A DNA stretch of 62,737 bases, filler included, from Globobulimina sp. (Eukaryota), in assembly GCA_003354225.1 (NCBI GenBank). It is 35 parts of 35 records of this genome, joined end to end, with 100 filler letters (N's around TTAATTAATTAA, not from the genome) between each part and the next. Parts side by side here need not be neighbours in the genome. Positions count along the whole stretch, not along the records: positions 12,578 to 14,273 come from PIVH01013003.1; positions 14,374 to 16,069 come from PIVH01013004.1; positions 16,170 to 17,865 come from PIVH01013005.1; positions 17,966 to 19,661 come from PIVH01013006.1; positions 19,762 to 21,457 come from PIVH01013007.1; positions 21,558 to 23,253 come from PIVH01013008.1; positions 23,354 to 25,049 come from PIVH01013009.1; 28 more parts are not named here. One strand, written 5' to 3'. The translations under genes and the position numbers were made by a program. The notes below the pieces were generated by a model. It saw nothing but the letters and a program-made list of their open reading frames with translations. It had not been told where the DNA came from and made no database searches. Positions 13,047-25,149 of this stretch are shown piece by piece; within the stretch, counting starts at the first letter, position 1; each line of letters opens with the position of its first letter.

Positions 13047-14273
13047 TTAGTATGGCTGCATTGATTGCCACTTAGGATATACAGTTTGTTGTTTTCTGGC
13101 TTCTTTATATATTCTTAATCCTTCATTTGCAATCATTATTGCTTCATTGCTCCGATTCTTTAATTTCCAGTTGTTACATGTTTTTAATGCGTCTCTCTTT
13201 CCTCGCGACAATCCATCCGATCTTGGATTCATATTCGTAGATATCAAATTAATCCAAATATAAAATCCGTAGTTGTATATTTGCCTTGTCAATTCCTGCA
13301 AATCTTTACGATAAAAGCAGGCACATTTTTTGGCGACTATGGAGCATACTGCTTTGTTATCACAAAGCAATAATAATGCTTTCCCAGTCCATTGCGCCGG
13401 GTTTAAATTCAACATTACATAAATTGCCATCAATTCCAGATACACAATATCCGGCGGGTTCAAATCATTCCATTCAAATAAGTCTCTATACATAACTCCG
13501 TAATAAAAACCATTAGATTTCATCCCAATGCCTCCAATTCCAATCTTTCCCGATGCGTCAGTTTCGATTGTTATCTCTGCGGCGGCTTTATCATATATTA
13601 GCCACTTAAATTTGATACTGTTATTTTTATTATCTTTGATTGGTGCAATGACCATTTCAATATCTCTGGTCATTTCGACCGTAATTTTGATTTTATCCTT
13701 TGGATCCTTTCCAGACACTGCTTCTTCCAATCTCCTGAGTGCTGGAATAATGATATATGTCACGCAATTCCTATATATTCAGATACTTGCTTTACATATA
13801 CATCTTCTTTTTGTTTATGGGCAACCAATAATATAGTCGCTCTTATGATTGTTTTCTTAATTTTTACAATTGGTATTGCCAATGTTTGTGTTATTAAGTT
13901 TAATATAAATCAGATCCATATCATAATTTGCGTTGGTGTCATTAGCTTGCGTTCCTGTGTTGGAATTCCAAGCCATTTAAACATCCATTTAATGGCATAA
14001 TATTGTTGCCAGCATTTCTTCTCTGTCCTATGTCCGGCGAAGACGTCATCCAAATAATTGCGTAAAACGCAAGTATCCTCCAAATAAAATAAGTACTGAT
14101 ATTAAAGTGTTCGCAATTATCCATGAGACCGTTGATCAAATAATGTGTATATATTACAACTTGAGCCTCCTCCAAATACCAATGCCGTCCATAAAAATAT
14201 CCACATATGGCGAACTACGGTATGAATTTGCTTGCAATTGGTACCCTGTTAAAGGCGTTTTGGGCATCCGCCG
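13047..14273 (-). mobile_element. Decayed DIRS-type retrotransposon RT-RNase H region
   Basis: RT motifs ADAQNAF and LRNYLDD with in-frame stops and frameshifts; RNase H motifs ETDASG, LELMAI, LCDN, SDGLSR. Confidence 0.85.
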
Positions 14274-14373
14274 NNNNNNNNNNNNNNNNNNNNNNNNNNN
14301 NNNNNNNNNNNNNNNNNTTAATTAATTAANNNNNNNNNNNNNNNNNNNNNNNNNNNNNNNNNNNNNNNNNNNN

Positions 14374-15039
14374 TTAAAACGGTTAGGCACTGCACTTGCT
14401 TTACAGCAAAACAATGAATATTTCGGCAGTGAGATCTTTCGACCGGGACATTTGTTGGATTATTTATTGCGACATTGTGATGAAAATCAAAATGTATCCA
14501 TACGAATATTATGGAAAGCCATTATCTGTGGATTTGAGACGATTTGGCCAAAGCAAATGAGCGGCATTCGTCGTGGCGATGTTTGGGTGCATAACAAATT
14601 AAAAAAATTTGGCATCCCCGGCAGTGATATGATACCTTTTCATAAATTACAACAATGGTTAACCTATTCGTTAGTGGAAGCATTTGAATATTATGGTTTA
14701 AATTTTGTACACTTGTCGGATATGACTTGTTTAGCAGAATATAGAAATGGTGGTTTATTTGTGGATACTGGTGTGTTGCAATTGAAATCGACGTGTGATA
14801 AAAATAAATATTATGACGTTGGTTCAGAGTTAGTGGTTGAATGGAGAGCAATGACCATTGTGTTGGCGGATAAAATTGCTGCTCGGTTAAGAAAAATATT
14901 AAATAAAACAGAGGCGGAGTTACCTCTTTCAAAAGTATTAGAAGGTGGTACATGGAGAGCTGGCCGGGAGTTGGCATTTAAATTGAGAAAAAATGGTGAA
15001 TCACCAATTAATTTACGTAGCGATGGTACTGTATTTTAA
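14374..15039 (+). CDS. URC4: URC4/Urg3 (DUF1688) uracil catabolism protein, 5' partial
   Basis: PFHKLQQWLTYSL, LAEYRNGGLFVD, VVEWRA, VLEGGTW, C-terminal SDGTVF. Confidence 0.9.
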   Translation, partial: LKRLGTALALQQNNEYFGSEIFRPGHLLDYLLRHCDENQNVSIRILWKAIICGFETIWPKQMSGIRRGDVWVHNKLKKFGIPGSDMIPFHKLQQWLTYSLVEAFEYYGLNFVHLSDMTCLAEYRNGGLFVDTGVLQLKSTCDKNKYYDVGSELVVEWRAMTIVLADKIAARLRKILNKTEAELPLSKVLEGGTWRAGRELAFKLRKNGESPINLRSDGTVF

Positions 15040-15244
15040 CATACATATAACTTTCATTATTATTTGAGAACTTCTTTCTTGTGTGGGTACATTTTATTTT
15101 TTTTATTCGTATAAATTTACTTAAATTACAGTTAATACTTAAATTACAGTTTTTCACTTGCAACAACAATCCTTCGTAAACTAGTCTATATACATTTTGT
15201 AAACTAGTCTAACCTGAGATAATTGAAGTACAATACAAAGGAAT

Positions 15245-15787
15245 ATGATATTTGTAGCATTATGTTTGGTGACTATCTGTGCCATTGGTAATGGTCAAGG
15301 ATGTGCGAGTGGAACTGGTGCCAAATCGCATGAATTAGTACCTGGTAAAATATTTGCATGTGCCGGAGCATTTAGTGGCGGAATGTTTGATAATTCAACA
15401 ACTTCATTATGCGCCACAGGATATAGGGTTTGTGGAAATCAAACGGAAGTGGCAGCAATGGGTTTAACCAATGCAGTGTGTGGATTTGGTGGATCAAATG
15501 ATCCAAATATGCTTTATCTCAGTCAACAAGGCGGTCTTGGATGGGATTGTGATGTAATGAATGTCGATAATGACAAAAGTGTATTCGGCTGCGGTGGTGG
15601 TACTTATATCCATGCTGCTACTCATTGCGGAGTATATGCAGATGTCGGATCATCGGGAGAACAGATTGGTTATCCGGCGGGAATGGGGGTAACCGATAAT
15701 GATGATAATTTGCATTCAGTCTTCAATGATGGTGACACCAAAACAGGAGTATTATGTTGTAAAAAGTCTTTGATCTGTTGCTTGTAG
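15245..15787 (+). CDS. Secreted Cys/Gly-rich small protein; 3' end runs into bacterial DNA
   Basis: Signal peptide, IFACAG, LCATGYRVC, GVLCC. Confidence 0.65.
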   Translation: MIFVALCLVTICAIGNGQGCASGTGAKSHELVPGKIFACAGAFSGGMFDNSTTSLCATGYRVCGNQTEVAAMGLTNAVCGFGGSNDPNMLYLSQQGGLGWDCDVMNVDNDKSVFGCGGGTYIHAATHCGVYADVGSSGEQIGYPAGMGVTDNDDNLHSVFNDGDTKTGVLCCKKSLICCL

Positions 15788-16002
15788 TCTTCAATCTGCT
15801 CTAGTAAGGTTGGAGTAAAGTTTACTACAGCTCTCGCCCCAGGAATGGATTCCAGATGATCGACCATATCAACATAATCTTTTATGACATGGAGATAGGT
15901 CCAGGGTAATTGATATTCATTTTTTCTTAAATCACGATATTCTGGTTGGTGCATGTGCCAGCAGACAACGACTTTTAACTTATCTTCAACTGAAGAACTC
16001 AT
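15750..16002 (-). CDS. Bacterial glycoside hydrolase family 57, N-terminal fragment truncated by a junction
   Basis: WHMHQPEY, LPWTYLHVIKDY, VVNFTPTLLEQ; Shine-Dalgarno-like AAGGGG upstream of the ATG. Confidence 0.9.
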
Positions 16003-16580
16003 TATTTCCCCTTTAATTGCGATTAACTTTCTTTATACAACGAATAGATATTTGTCAGTTAACTGACAANNNNNNNNNNNNNNNNNNNNNNNNNNNNNNN
16101 NNNNNNNNNNNNNTTAATTAATTAANNNNNNNNNNNNNNNNNNNNNNNNNNNNNNNNNNNNNNNNNNNNTTGTGCTGTCATTTTGTTTGTGCATTTTTTT
16201 TAAGTTTCACCAGAAAGTTGTAATTATAAACTGCTTTGATCATTGCTTTGTTTATCTGGAAAATCACAGACATTCACAGTTAATCCCAATCAGTATGACC
16301 AACACTGATGACAGGTCTCATCGTTCAGACAATTCAAACCAATGCGGTCTTGTAAACACAGATAATACTCGATCACTCAGAATGCAATGTACACCACAAA
16401 CATCTGCTTCATTCTCCACTTACAAACCAACTCAGTATGGCTACATTTCCACCGCATTTGCGCTGATCATGATATTCTGCAAATAACTGATATATTTTCA
16501 TCCAAAACACATGGTCAGATACACTCAAACTACCATATCCCATCAAAACGGAGCAATGTCCAGAGACCCACTCAATACAT

Positions 16581-17162
16581 TTGGTATGTTACGCAATTAA
16601 CTGTCGATCCACTAATCTCATCAACGCATTACATACAAATAAAAAAGCAGACGTTGTTAGTAAATTAATATCGTTTATAAATTGCAGAAAAATGGCTGTA
16701 AACACACCAGAAATAATGCAATGTTTCATTGAAAATCATATCGATTCTGCATATTTTGCAAATCATGAAAGAAAAGATTTTGTGATGTTATTAAAATCGA
16801 AATGCAATGTAAAAATATCCGCAGCTATTAAATTATGGAAACATGTTACTGCAAATACATATATATCCGGCGAAGATATTGCTATATCAACAAAAGTATG
16901 CACGCAAAATGACTCTGGCGATGGAAATTATGCAACTGTTGGTATAAAAGGTGATATTTATGATTTGCAGGCTGAGATTGCATGGAATGACCGCGTGATA
17001 AAATCATTAGAGACCATATGCAATGAAGTAATATTTGATGATGCTGATGATGATGATTACGATTCTGATGAAATGGAATTTGGTGAAGCATTATCAACGC
17101 CGTGGGACGATGATTCTGACCATGACGAGTTTACATATGATAGTGGATGGATATCGACGTGA
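16581..17162 (+). CDS. Hypothetical protein with acidic C-terminus (probably the last exon)
   Basis: 193-codon ORF; no family recognised. Confidence 0.45.
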   Translation: MVCYAINCRSTNLINALHTNKKADVVSKLISFINCRKMAVNTPEIMQCFIENHIDSAYFANHERKDFVMLLKSKCNVKISAAIKLWKHVTANTYISGEDIAISTKVCTQNDSGDGNYATVGIKGDIYDLQAEIAWNDRVIKSLETICNEVIFDDADDDDYDSDEMEFGEALSTPWDDDSDHDEFTYDSGWIST

Positions 17163-18044
17163 TATCGACAATTAAAAATTAACTTTTTTTCTATAAATAC
17201 TGACATTCTGTTATTTTATTTAATTATTAATGTGTTATTGTTCTTTTTTCTCTGTTTTTGGTTGTTGTTATAAGTGCTTTTGTAGGTGTTTGGTTTGAAT
17301 GATTGTTGTCTGATGATTTGGAGAAAGATGTCAGGTATTTTGTTGAATTATGCTTGGACACCAAATCTGAGGGCAATAATGTTCATTATTGTTGTATTAT
17401 AAATGTAGTGGTGTTTTTTTTTTGTTTGTATAAATGATCAGATGTCTTTAATACAGATACATATCAATTTATCAAAGTTGTCTGTTTGAACCATTTGATT
17501 TGTTTTTTTTCCTCTTTTTTTTTGTAGTGGAATGTGTTTGATTTGTCATACATAATTAATATAAATTCTCTTTTTCTGGCTGCTCGAAATACAATTAACA
17601 AAAAATGCAGTATTGCGAAAATACGCATTACAAAAACGTTTGTTTCACACACAGAACACTAGGCATTTTATTGTATACTGAATCTGGTTTGTAAAGGAAA
17701 AACCGACCAGCGGGGTGGTGATATATTCCAAAAGATACACCCCCCCTTCTGATCGATAAGTTGTATACATTTGATTCAATTATCTGAGAAACGCTTTGCA
17801 AATCCAGAAACGGTTTCTTCTGTGTTTGTTATAACTCTGTTTTGGGTTTGCAAATCCAGAACAAANNNNNNNNNNNNNNNNNNNNNNNNNNNNNNNNNNN
17901 NNNNNNNNNTTAATTAATTAANNNNNNNNNNNNNNNNNNNNNNNNNNNNNNNNNNNNNNNNNNNNACAATTTCCTACACCACCTCATTGTTGGAATGGTG
18001 TTGAGAGAATTATCGGAGAGAAATTCAATCAATACAATGGAAGG

Positions 18045-18216
18045 AATGCATTTAAGGCAGAGGTTGAGAAGTTGAGAGGTTCAGACGTTTAGGCGTTGAG
18101 AGGTTGGGATGTTCGGAAGTTGGCGGATAAAAGTATCGTAGAATTGGATTCTTGTTTCATTAATAATTCAACTTCTGAACCTCTCAACTTCTCAAACCTC
18201 TGACTTTAATGCATTT
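18045..18216. mobile_element. MITE-like element with ~45-bp imperfect terminal inverted repeats
   Basis: 18045-18089 is the imperfect reverse complement of 18170-18215; internal GAGAAGTT/GAGAGGTT subrepeats. Confidence 0.55.
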
Positions 18217-18852
18217 CTTTCAATGAAGAACGCATTGGCAATCGAGACAAGTCATACAAATGAAACTGGAAAGATTGTAATAACATGCACTGCAAAGTAG
18301 AATCCATACAGATTCCCATCAAAAAACAAACAATTAAAGTTCAATTTTTGCAGGTTTTAATTTAGTTTTGCGTTCAGTCACTCAAAATTGCAATTGGATG
18401 GTGGGGGATGTGAGATAAACAAAACCGGCGCCTTTCACTATTACAAAACCGGAGTGTGTAATGTTTCTGTTGCATCTGTCCATGTCATGTGTTTACTTGA
18501 ATACTTATGTAAATGCTATTGAAATTCAACTAAAATAATACATGAAAACAACTAAAAAACAACATGTCATGCCATGCCTATATACGAACAATATATTACG
18601 GTTTCAGCAATATATATAATTTTTCAAACAAATAATCAAAAACATATAAAAAAAAACATTGAATACAGACATATACGCATATACACACAAAAAACGTTAA
18701 CCACACTTATAATGAGCAATTACGATGAAATCACACTTTAAATGACAAACAAAAACAGTTGATCAAGTCACAAATTTCATCTTTAATTCTTTAATTACAC
18801 GCATATATATGTACCATCTAAGCAACATCACTGCAGATATTATACAAGCACT

Positions 18853-19661
18853 TCACATTAAATATGGATGATATTTGATTTGCGACAAAGAAATTCTTGC
18901 ATTTTCATATTGAAATATCAAATTAATTAAACTCAATGCGTCCTTATCAAAATATGACAATTTATTCCATTGCTTCAATAAATATTTCGCATTTCCGTTG
19001 ATTATGCATCGAAATGCTTGATCTGTATCAACCGCTCTATGGAATGGTGCAACGCCGCCTAACATCATAAATAAACACACCCCAATACAAAAAATGTCGT
19101 TTGCCGCCGCATTGAATATTTCCCCGTTGCACACTTCCGGAGATGTGTAGTTTCTGTATATGTGAAAACATGTTAATATATTTTGGAGGACTCTGTTCCT
19201 AACCGGTTTGGTCTGGAATTTTAAACTGATGCAAATCATAAATATGTAACGCGATCAGTACAAACATTTCAAATTACATTTGCAATGAAAGCAAACCAAC
19301 AAAAATAACTGGATAAAGACTCGAGAGATAAGAAAATAAATACCTTTTTCCACAATATTTTTTGCTTTGAAAATCGCAGTCTTTCCCAAATAACTCAGCC
19401 AATCCAAAATCAATTATTTTTATATTGATAGGATCCACAAATTGTACTTTATCGTTGGGTAAAATACATATTTTAACTTCGTTAATTAAGGTATTTTCCA
19501 GTGATAAATCAAAATGGCAAACACCTTTATTATGCATGAAATCCATCGCAATGATCATTTGTTTGAATATTTTTTTGACAATGCGGCGCCATTCGGAAAT
19601 TCTAATTTTCTTCGATTCGATCAATTTGTGGGCTTTTTGTACGAAATCAAATAGCGGCGTA
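18853..19661 (-). CDS. Ser/Thr protein kinase (HxDLSLEN type), 5' partial (intron 19154-19343)
   Basis: HFDLSLEN, IIDFG, YCGK|RNYTSPE, DIFCIG. Confidence 0.85.
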
Positions 19662-19943
19662 NNNNNNNNNNNNNNNNNNNNNNNNNNNNNNNNNNNNNNN
19701 NNNNNTTAATTAATTAANNNNNNNNNNNNNNNNNNNNNNNNNNNNNNNNNNNNNNNNNNNNATTTTATTCATACAATTTAAAAAAAAACACAAAATAAAC
19801 AAATATATAATATGTTGCCGATAGTGTTTGATTCATTATCAATGTTTATAAAAAACAAAGATTGAATTAAACAAATTTACACAAAGAAAACTAAAAATAT
19901 TAACCAACAAAAAATAAATATTAATAAATAATAATATATATAT

Positions 19944-21123
19944 TCATTTGCTTACTCTTTTCTCTTTTGATTTATTTATTTTTTCCCATCTTCTCTTATG
20001 TATTTTATATAATTCCGCTTGTAACAAACTTGTGAAACCAATATTTTTTTCATGATCCTGCATTGGTTTAAAATCAAAATAAATTCGTTTCTGCTTTTTA
20101 TCGATAATATTTCCATCATTTACGCATAAAAAATATGGATGTTTTAATGCATCATTTGCAGATATTCGCAATTTAGGATTTAACGACAATAATTTGTATA
20201 ATAAATCAATACATTGTACGTTCGATTCAATATTATCAATATTTGCAAATCTTTTTAAAACTCTTTGTTTCAACGATTTTATGCCAAATGGCTTTGTTAA
20301 TTTACTGAGCCATTGTTTGCAGTTTTTATCCGATATCCAATTTATATCGTTTTTATAATAATGCATTGAATAAAATATGCGTTTTAATTGATCAGCAAAA
20401 GACTTCCCGGTAAATGCTGGCTTTTTTAATATCATTTCAGCCAAAATACATCCAACGCCCCATACATCCATTTTTGATGAATATCTACCTGCATTGCACA
20501 TTATTTCTGGTGCTCTGTACCATAAAGTACCTGGATACTCAACGATATTCGCATCACAATAACGTTTGGCTTCTTCCATAGTTCGAGATACGCCAAAATC
20601 AATAATTTTTACTTTACAATTTTGTGTATCAAGCATAATATTTTCTGGCTTGATATCGCGATGAAAAATGCCAGCTTTGTGGATCAACTGCAGGCCTCTC
20701 AATACTGGATACGTACTATATCTAAAATGCAGATGTGATAATTGCTGTGTTGATTCTATAATATTCCATAAATTCGAATCATAAAATGGCATTATAACAT
20801 AAACTTCATTAAACGAATTATTTTGCGGTGCCACACAATCATATAACTCCACAATATCGTTATTTTCACGTAAGCTGCCAAAATATGACATTAATTTAAT
20901 TTCTCTCAACGTGTTTTCCATATCAACGGACTCATTTAAGTCTGTACATTTTTTGATAGCAACACGTTTATTATTTCGACGATCGATGGCTGAACAAACT
21001 ACGCCGTATGCACCACTTCCTACTACTTTTATTGGTTTATAGTACGAACAGAGTTTACTTGTTATAGCATTCCCCTTCGTGTTTTGAAAACAAGTATAAG
21101 TTATGTCTGATTTAGAAGACATG
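19944..21123 (-). CDS. MAP kinase-family protein with atypical activation loop; start uncertain
   Basis: GSGAYGVVCSA, VAIKK, TLREIKL, HRDIKPEN, DFG, VEYPGTLWYRAPE. Confidence 0.9.
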
Positions 21124-21457
21124 TCCGTCCCGAATCCCCGTTTATTAAACGATGATGATTCAATACCTGATGAGGTCCAAGCTAATATGCTAGTTCTAGC
21201 TGGTGAGAACGGAGGTCTGCCTCCATCTGCCACTAGATCCGATTCTGAAGTAGAAAGTACTACTGATTCCGAACAACCCGGTCATTCACGAAATACACCC
21301 ATTAAGAAAAGAGGAAGGCCTAGAAAAACTCCAAAACGTAAGCCTGCCGCTGGCTTTACCCGTCACACTAGTAAGGACTACGGTGACGTTTTTCAAGCCC
21401 TAGGCCAAGTCAATGGAATGTTGTCTAATGAAAAATTGCTTAGAGAACAAGCAGAAT
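21103..21457 (+). CDS. AT-hook-containing ORF start (possibly retroelement gag-like), 3' partial
   Basis: KKRGRPRK AT-hook; GC content rises abruptly near 21100. Confidence 0.45.
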
Positions 21458-22142
21458 NNNNNNNNNNNNNNNNNNNNNNNNNNNNNNNNNNNNNNNNNNN
21501 NTTAATTAATTAANNNNNNNNNNNNNNNNNNNNNNNNNNNNNNNNNNNNNNNNNNNNCACAAATGCAAACAATTAGTAATACAATCCATCTAAACCCGTC
21601 TTGTCCAGATTTCTCGTATAATATTATGTCAATATCAGCAGTCGATAAACTTGGTTCACATTCTTTAGTTGTTGTCATGGATAAAATTCACTAACTTCAA
21701 CTAAACGATATAATCAAGATAGATACCCCCCCCTTCCAACAAACGTGAACCGAGATAATGGTGGTATACATGTTGATGGGGTTATTGGGGTAGTTATCCT
21801 TTAATCATGTTTGGACAAAAAGATTTCTTTCAGCTGGTTTTAATCTAAGTCATCAGTCATGACTACCAATCTACCATTTTATTAGTAGTCATGCTAAGTT
21901 ACAAACGTTGCTGTAGCACTTTGAAAGATAAAAGATTTCATATCCTCGCACTCTGTACGTTAGTATCCTGGCACTTGACATTTCAAAAAAAAAGAAATTG
22001 TTACTTTCTTCCTATAAATTTATCCTTAGATCACCTAAAATCGAACAGCAAAAAACTAAAAAAAAAACAAAAAAACAATTGTAACAATTACGTATTGGAG
22101 AAAGTATATAAAATAATTTATTTTATTTATTTATTTTTTAGT

Positions 22143-22833
<691 letters not shown>

Positions 22834-22945
22834 CTTTCAACTGATACGGGACGGCTTTGAGTACGCTTCAAGAGTACGAGTACGAATGCGATGAGGAGTT
22901 GTGGTTTTTGTGATGTTAATGTTAGTGCTTTATGAGCTGAAGTGA

Positions 22946-23253
22946 ATGGCAGAGCTTTATGTTATTAATAAAGATAAGAATGCAATCAAAGATTACACAA
23001 GTTGTGGACAAGTTCATTTACCAAAAACACAATATATTGATGATGATGATGCTAAAGCTGCAGTGAATGATGATGATGGAATTAAACAAATATCAATTGT
23101 GCACATATCAGATACGCATAATAAACATAAGTATATGAATGAAAACATACCAAATGGTGATATATTGATTCATACTGGAGATTTTTTATATAAATGCAAG
23201 ACAGATTTGATGTATGAAAAACAAATATCATCATTCAACAAATGGATTGGTAC
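22946..23253 (+). CDS. Metallophosphoesterase (MPPED-like), 3' partial
   Basis: IVHISDTH and GDILIHTGDF. Confidence 0.85.
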
Positions 23254-23353
23254 NNNNNNNNNNNNNNNNNNNNNNNNNNNNNNNNNNNNNNNNNNNNTTA
23301 ATTAATTAANNNNNNNNNNNNNNNNNNNNNNNNNNNNNNNNNNNNNNNNNNNN

Positions 23354-24543
23354 ACTCAAATACCACGCATTACTATTTGCTAAAATTGCTCTGAGCCCAG
23401 ACGCTACCACAGATGCTAAGGTTTGCGCATCTTTCCGTAATACATGATATTGGTAAGTCTGAGCATTGGAAAACCCCATTTTTTGCTGCCAAGCTACAAT
23501 GGATTGCGTTTGCTCCCAACAGAAATATATCACTTCATCGCCACCCAAATGCATAGAATCATCCAACAATAAATTTGCTGTTTCTTCCAATAAGCTTTCA
23601 ATGACTTTATATGTTACATTAACTGCTGGATTTAATGGAATATTATTTGGGTTTTTGGCCTGTTCCTCAGCTACACACGACGCTGATGGACATATCCCAG
23701 GATAGCCCCAACACCAACTTCCAAAATGTCCAGGCGTATCAAATTCAACTATGACGCGAATACCGCGGTCTTTTGCAAATTGCACCACTTCAATCATATC
23801 ATTGTGAGTGTATTGCTCATATACTGAGTATGCACCGTAGTTTGATAAATCGGGTCATTGCGATGATTGGAAAGGAAAAGCTTCAGCATCAACCTTTCAA
23901 TTATATATTTCATATCGGGCTTTTAAATTAAATCCAAGAGTACGCACAAAATATGTCAACTAAACTATGTGCCAATGAAATACGTTGAATTTATTGTAAC
24001 TCATAGCTTCTAATAAGCGTTTGATGCCTGACACGCCATAATAATGTCTGGCTGTATCCAGCATTAAACCACGATGCGGGAAACGAGGAAAATCGGTTAT
24101 ATCGCCAGTATATGTTTGATAATATTCAAAAACAAAAAAATGCCATATATTTCCAGTTGGTACACACCTCTCAGTGCTGCCCATACTGTTTCTGCTGATA
24201 ATGAGGCAGTGCCAGTGGGTGGAACCGTTAATGAGTAAGTTTCATTGATGCCGGATTGTAATGGTGCAGTTGCATCGGTGACTGTAATTGTTAATTGAGT
24301 CAAAGAATTTGAATTTGATGCGTTGACTTGAGGTTGGCGATAAAATATTATGTTGCTATATCGATCAATTGCATTCTTCAGAACATCATTATTTACTTGT
24401 GTTGCAAATTTAAATCCAGCAGCAACGCTTGCAGCAGCTTGGGATGACATTGACTTTATGTTCTGTGGCATTGACCATATGTTAACAGCACAGTTCAATA
24501 TGAACACGTTTAAGGAGAGAAGCAGCAGTAATAACGAAGACAT
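23354..24543 (-). pseudogene. Beta-hexosaminidase (GH20), apparently disrupted
   Basis: Signal peptide, [29 protein letters not shown]; in-frame TGA at 23855-23857 and a frame change after ALRG with no AG acceptor. Confidence 0.75.
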
Positions 24544-24788
24544 TCTTATAATTAGTTCAGAGTTTTATTATTTACCAAAACACCATCCGTTCGTTAGTAC
24601 ACTAAATGAACAGAAATATGTCGTTAAGATTATTGTTTATCACTAGCTACTATGTTTTATGGCGCGTTCAATGCATAGAGAGATGCTGTCAACAATATAT
24701 ATGTGATATTAATTCACCACCAAATAGCAAATGGACATGCCAGCAACATATAGCTAAGTGGGGAACAAATATATGTAATGAAGATTAG

Positions 24789-25049
24789 ATGGCCTCTTTA
24801 GGCAAACGAAGTCTAGAGATTGATGGTGAAACAAATTTGAAGCAAACAGTACCTAATAAAAAGCAAAAAGTATGTTAATCAATGACAGCAACATTACATT
24901 CTAATAATAAATAATATAATGTTTAGATAGAATCATCATCATCGCTGAGCAAACTAAATGATAATAAATGCAGTATCTGGTTAACCAAAAAGCGAAGACA
25001 ATGTCAACATGATTTAGTATCAGGAACAAAATACTGTCGATTCCATTTA
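24789..25049 (+). CDS. TRM13-like protein N-terminus with CCCH zinc finger (intron 24870-24926), 3' partial
   Basis: Spliced MASLGKR...CSIWLTKKRRQCQHDLVSGTKYCRFH resembles zf-TRM13_CCCH; absent from the ORF track. Confidence 0.55.
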
Positions 25050-25149
25050 NNNNNNNNNNNNNNNNNNNNNNNNNNNNNNNNNNNNNNNNNNNNTTAATTA
25101 ATTAANNNNNNNNNNNNNNNNNNNNNNNNNNNNNNNNNNNNNNNNNNNN

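Noticed and set aside
17706-17750. GC-rich hairpin (GGGGTG...CACCCC) as a terminator or Helitron end
   Set aside because: Imperfect stem, no T-tract or CTRR end, and no associated ORF
23855-23857. TGA reassigned to Trp or Sec (also at 41164 and in the DIRS RT)
   Set aside because: TGA terminates intact genes here (e.g. PARG, MAPK, NAA40), TGG is used for Trp, and the GH20 and DIRS loci carry other lesions
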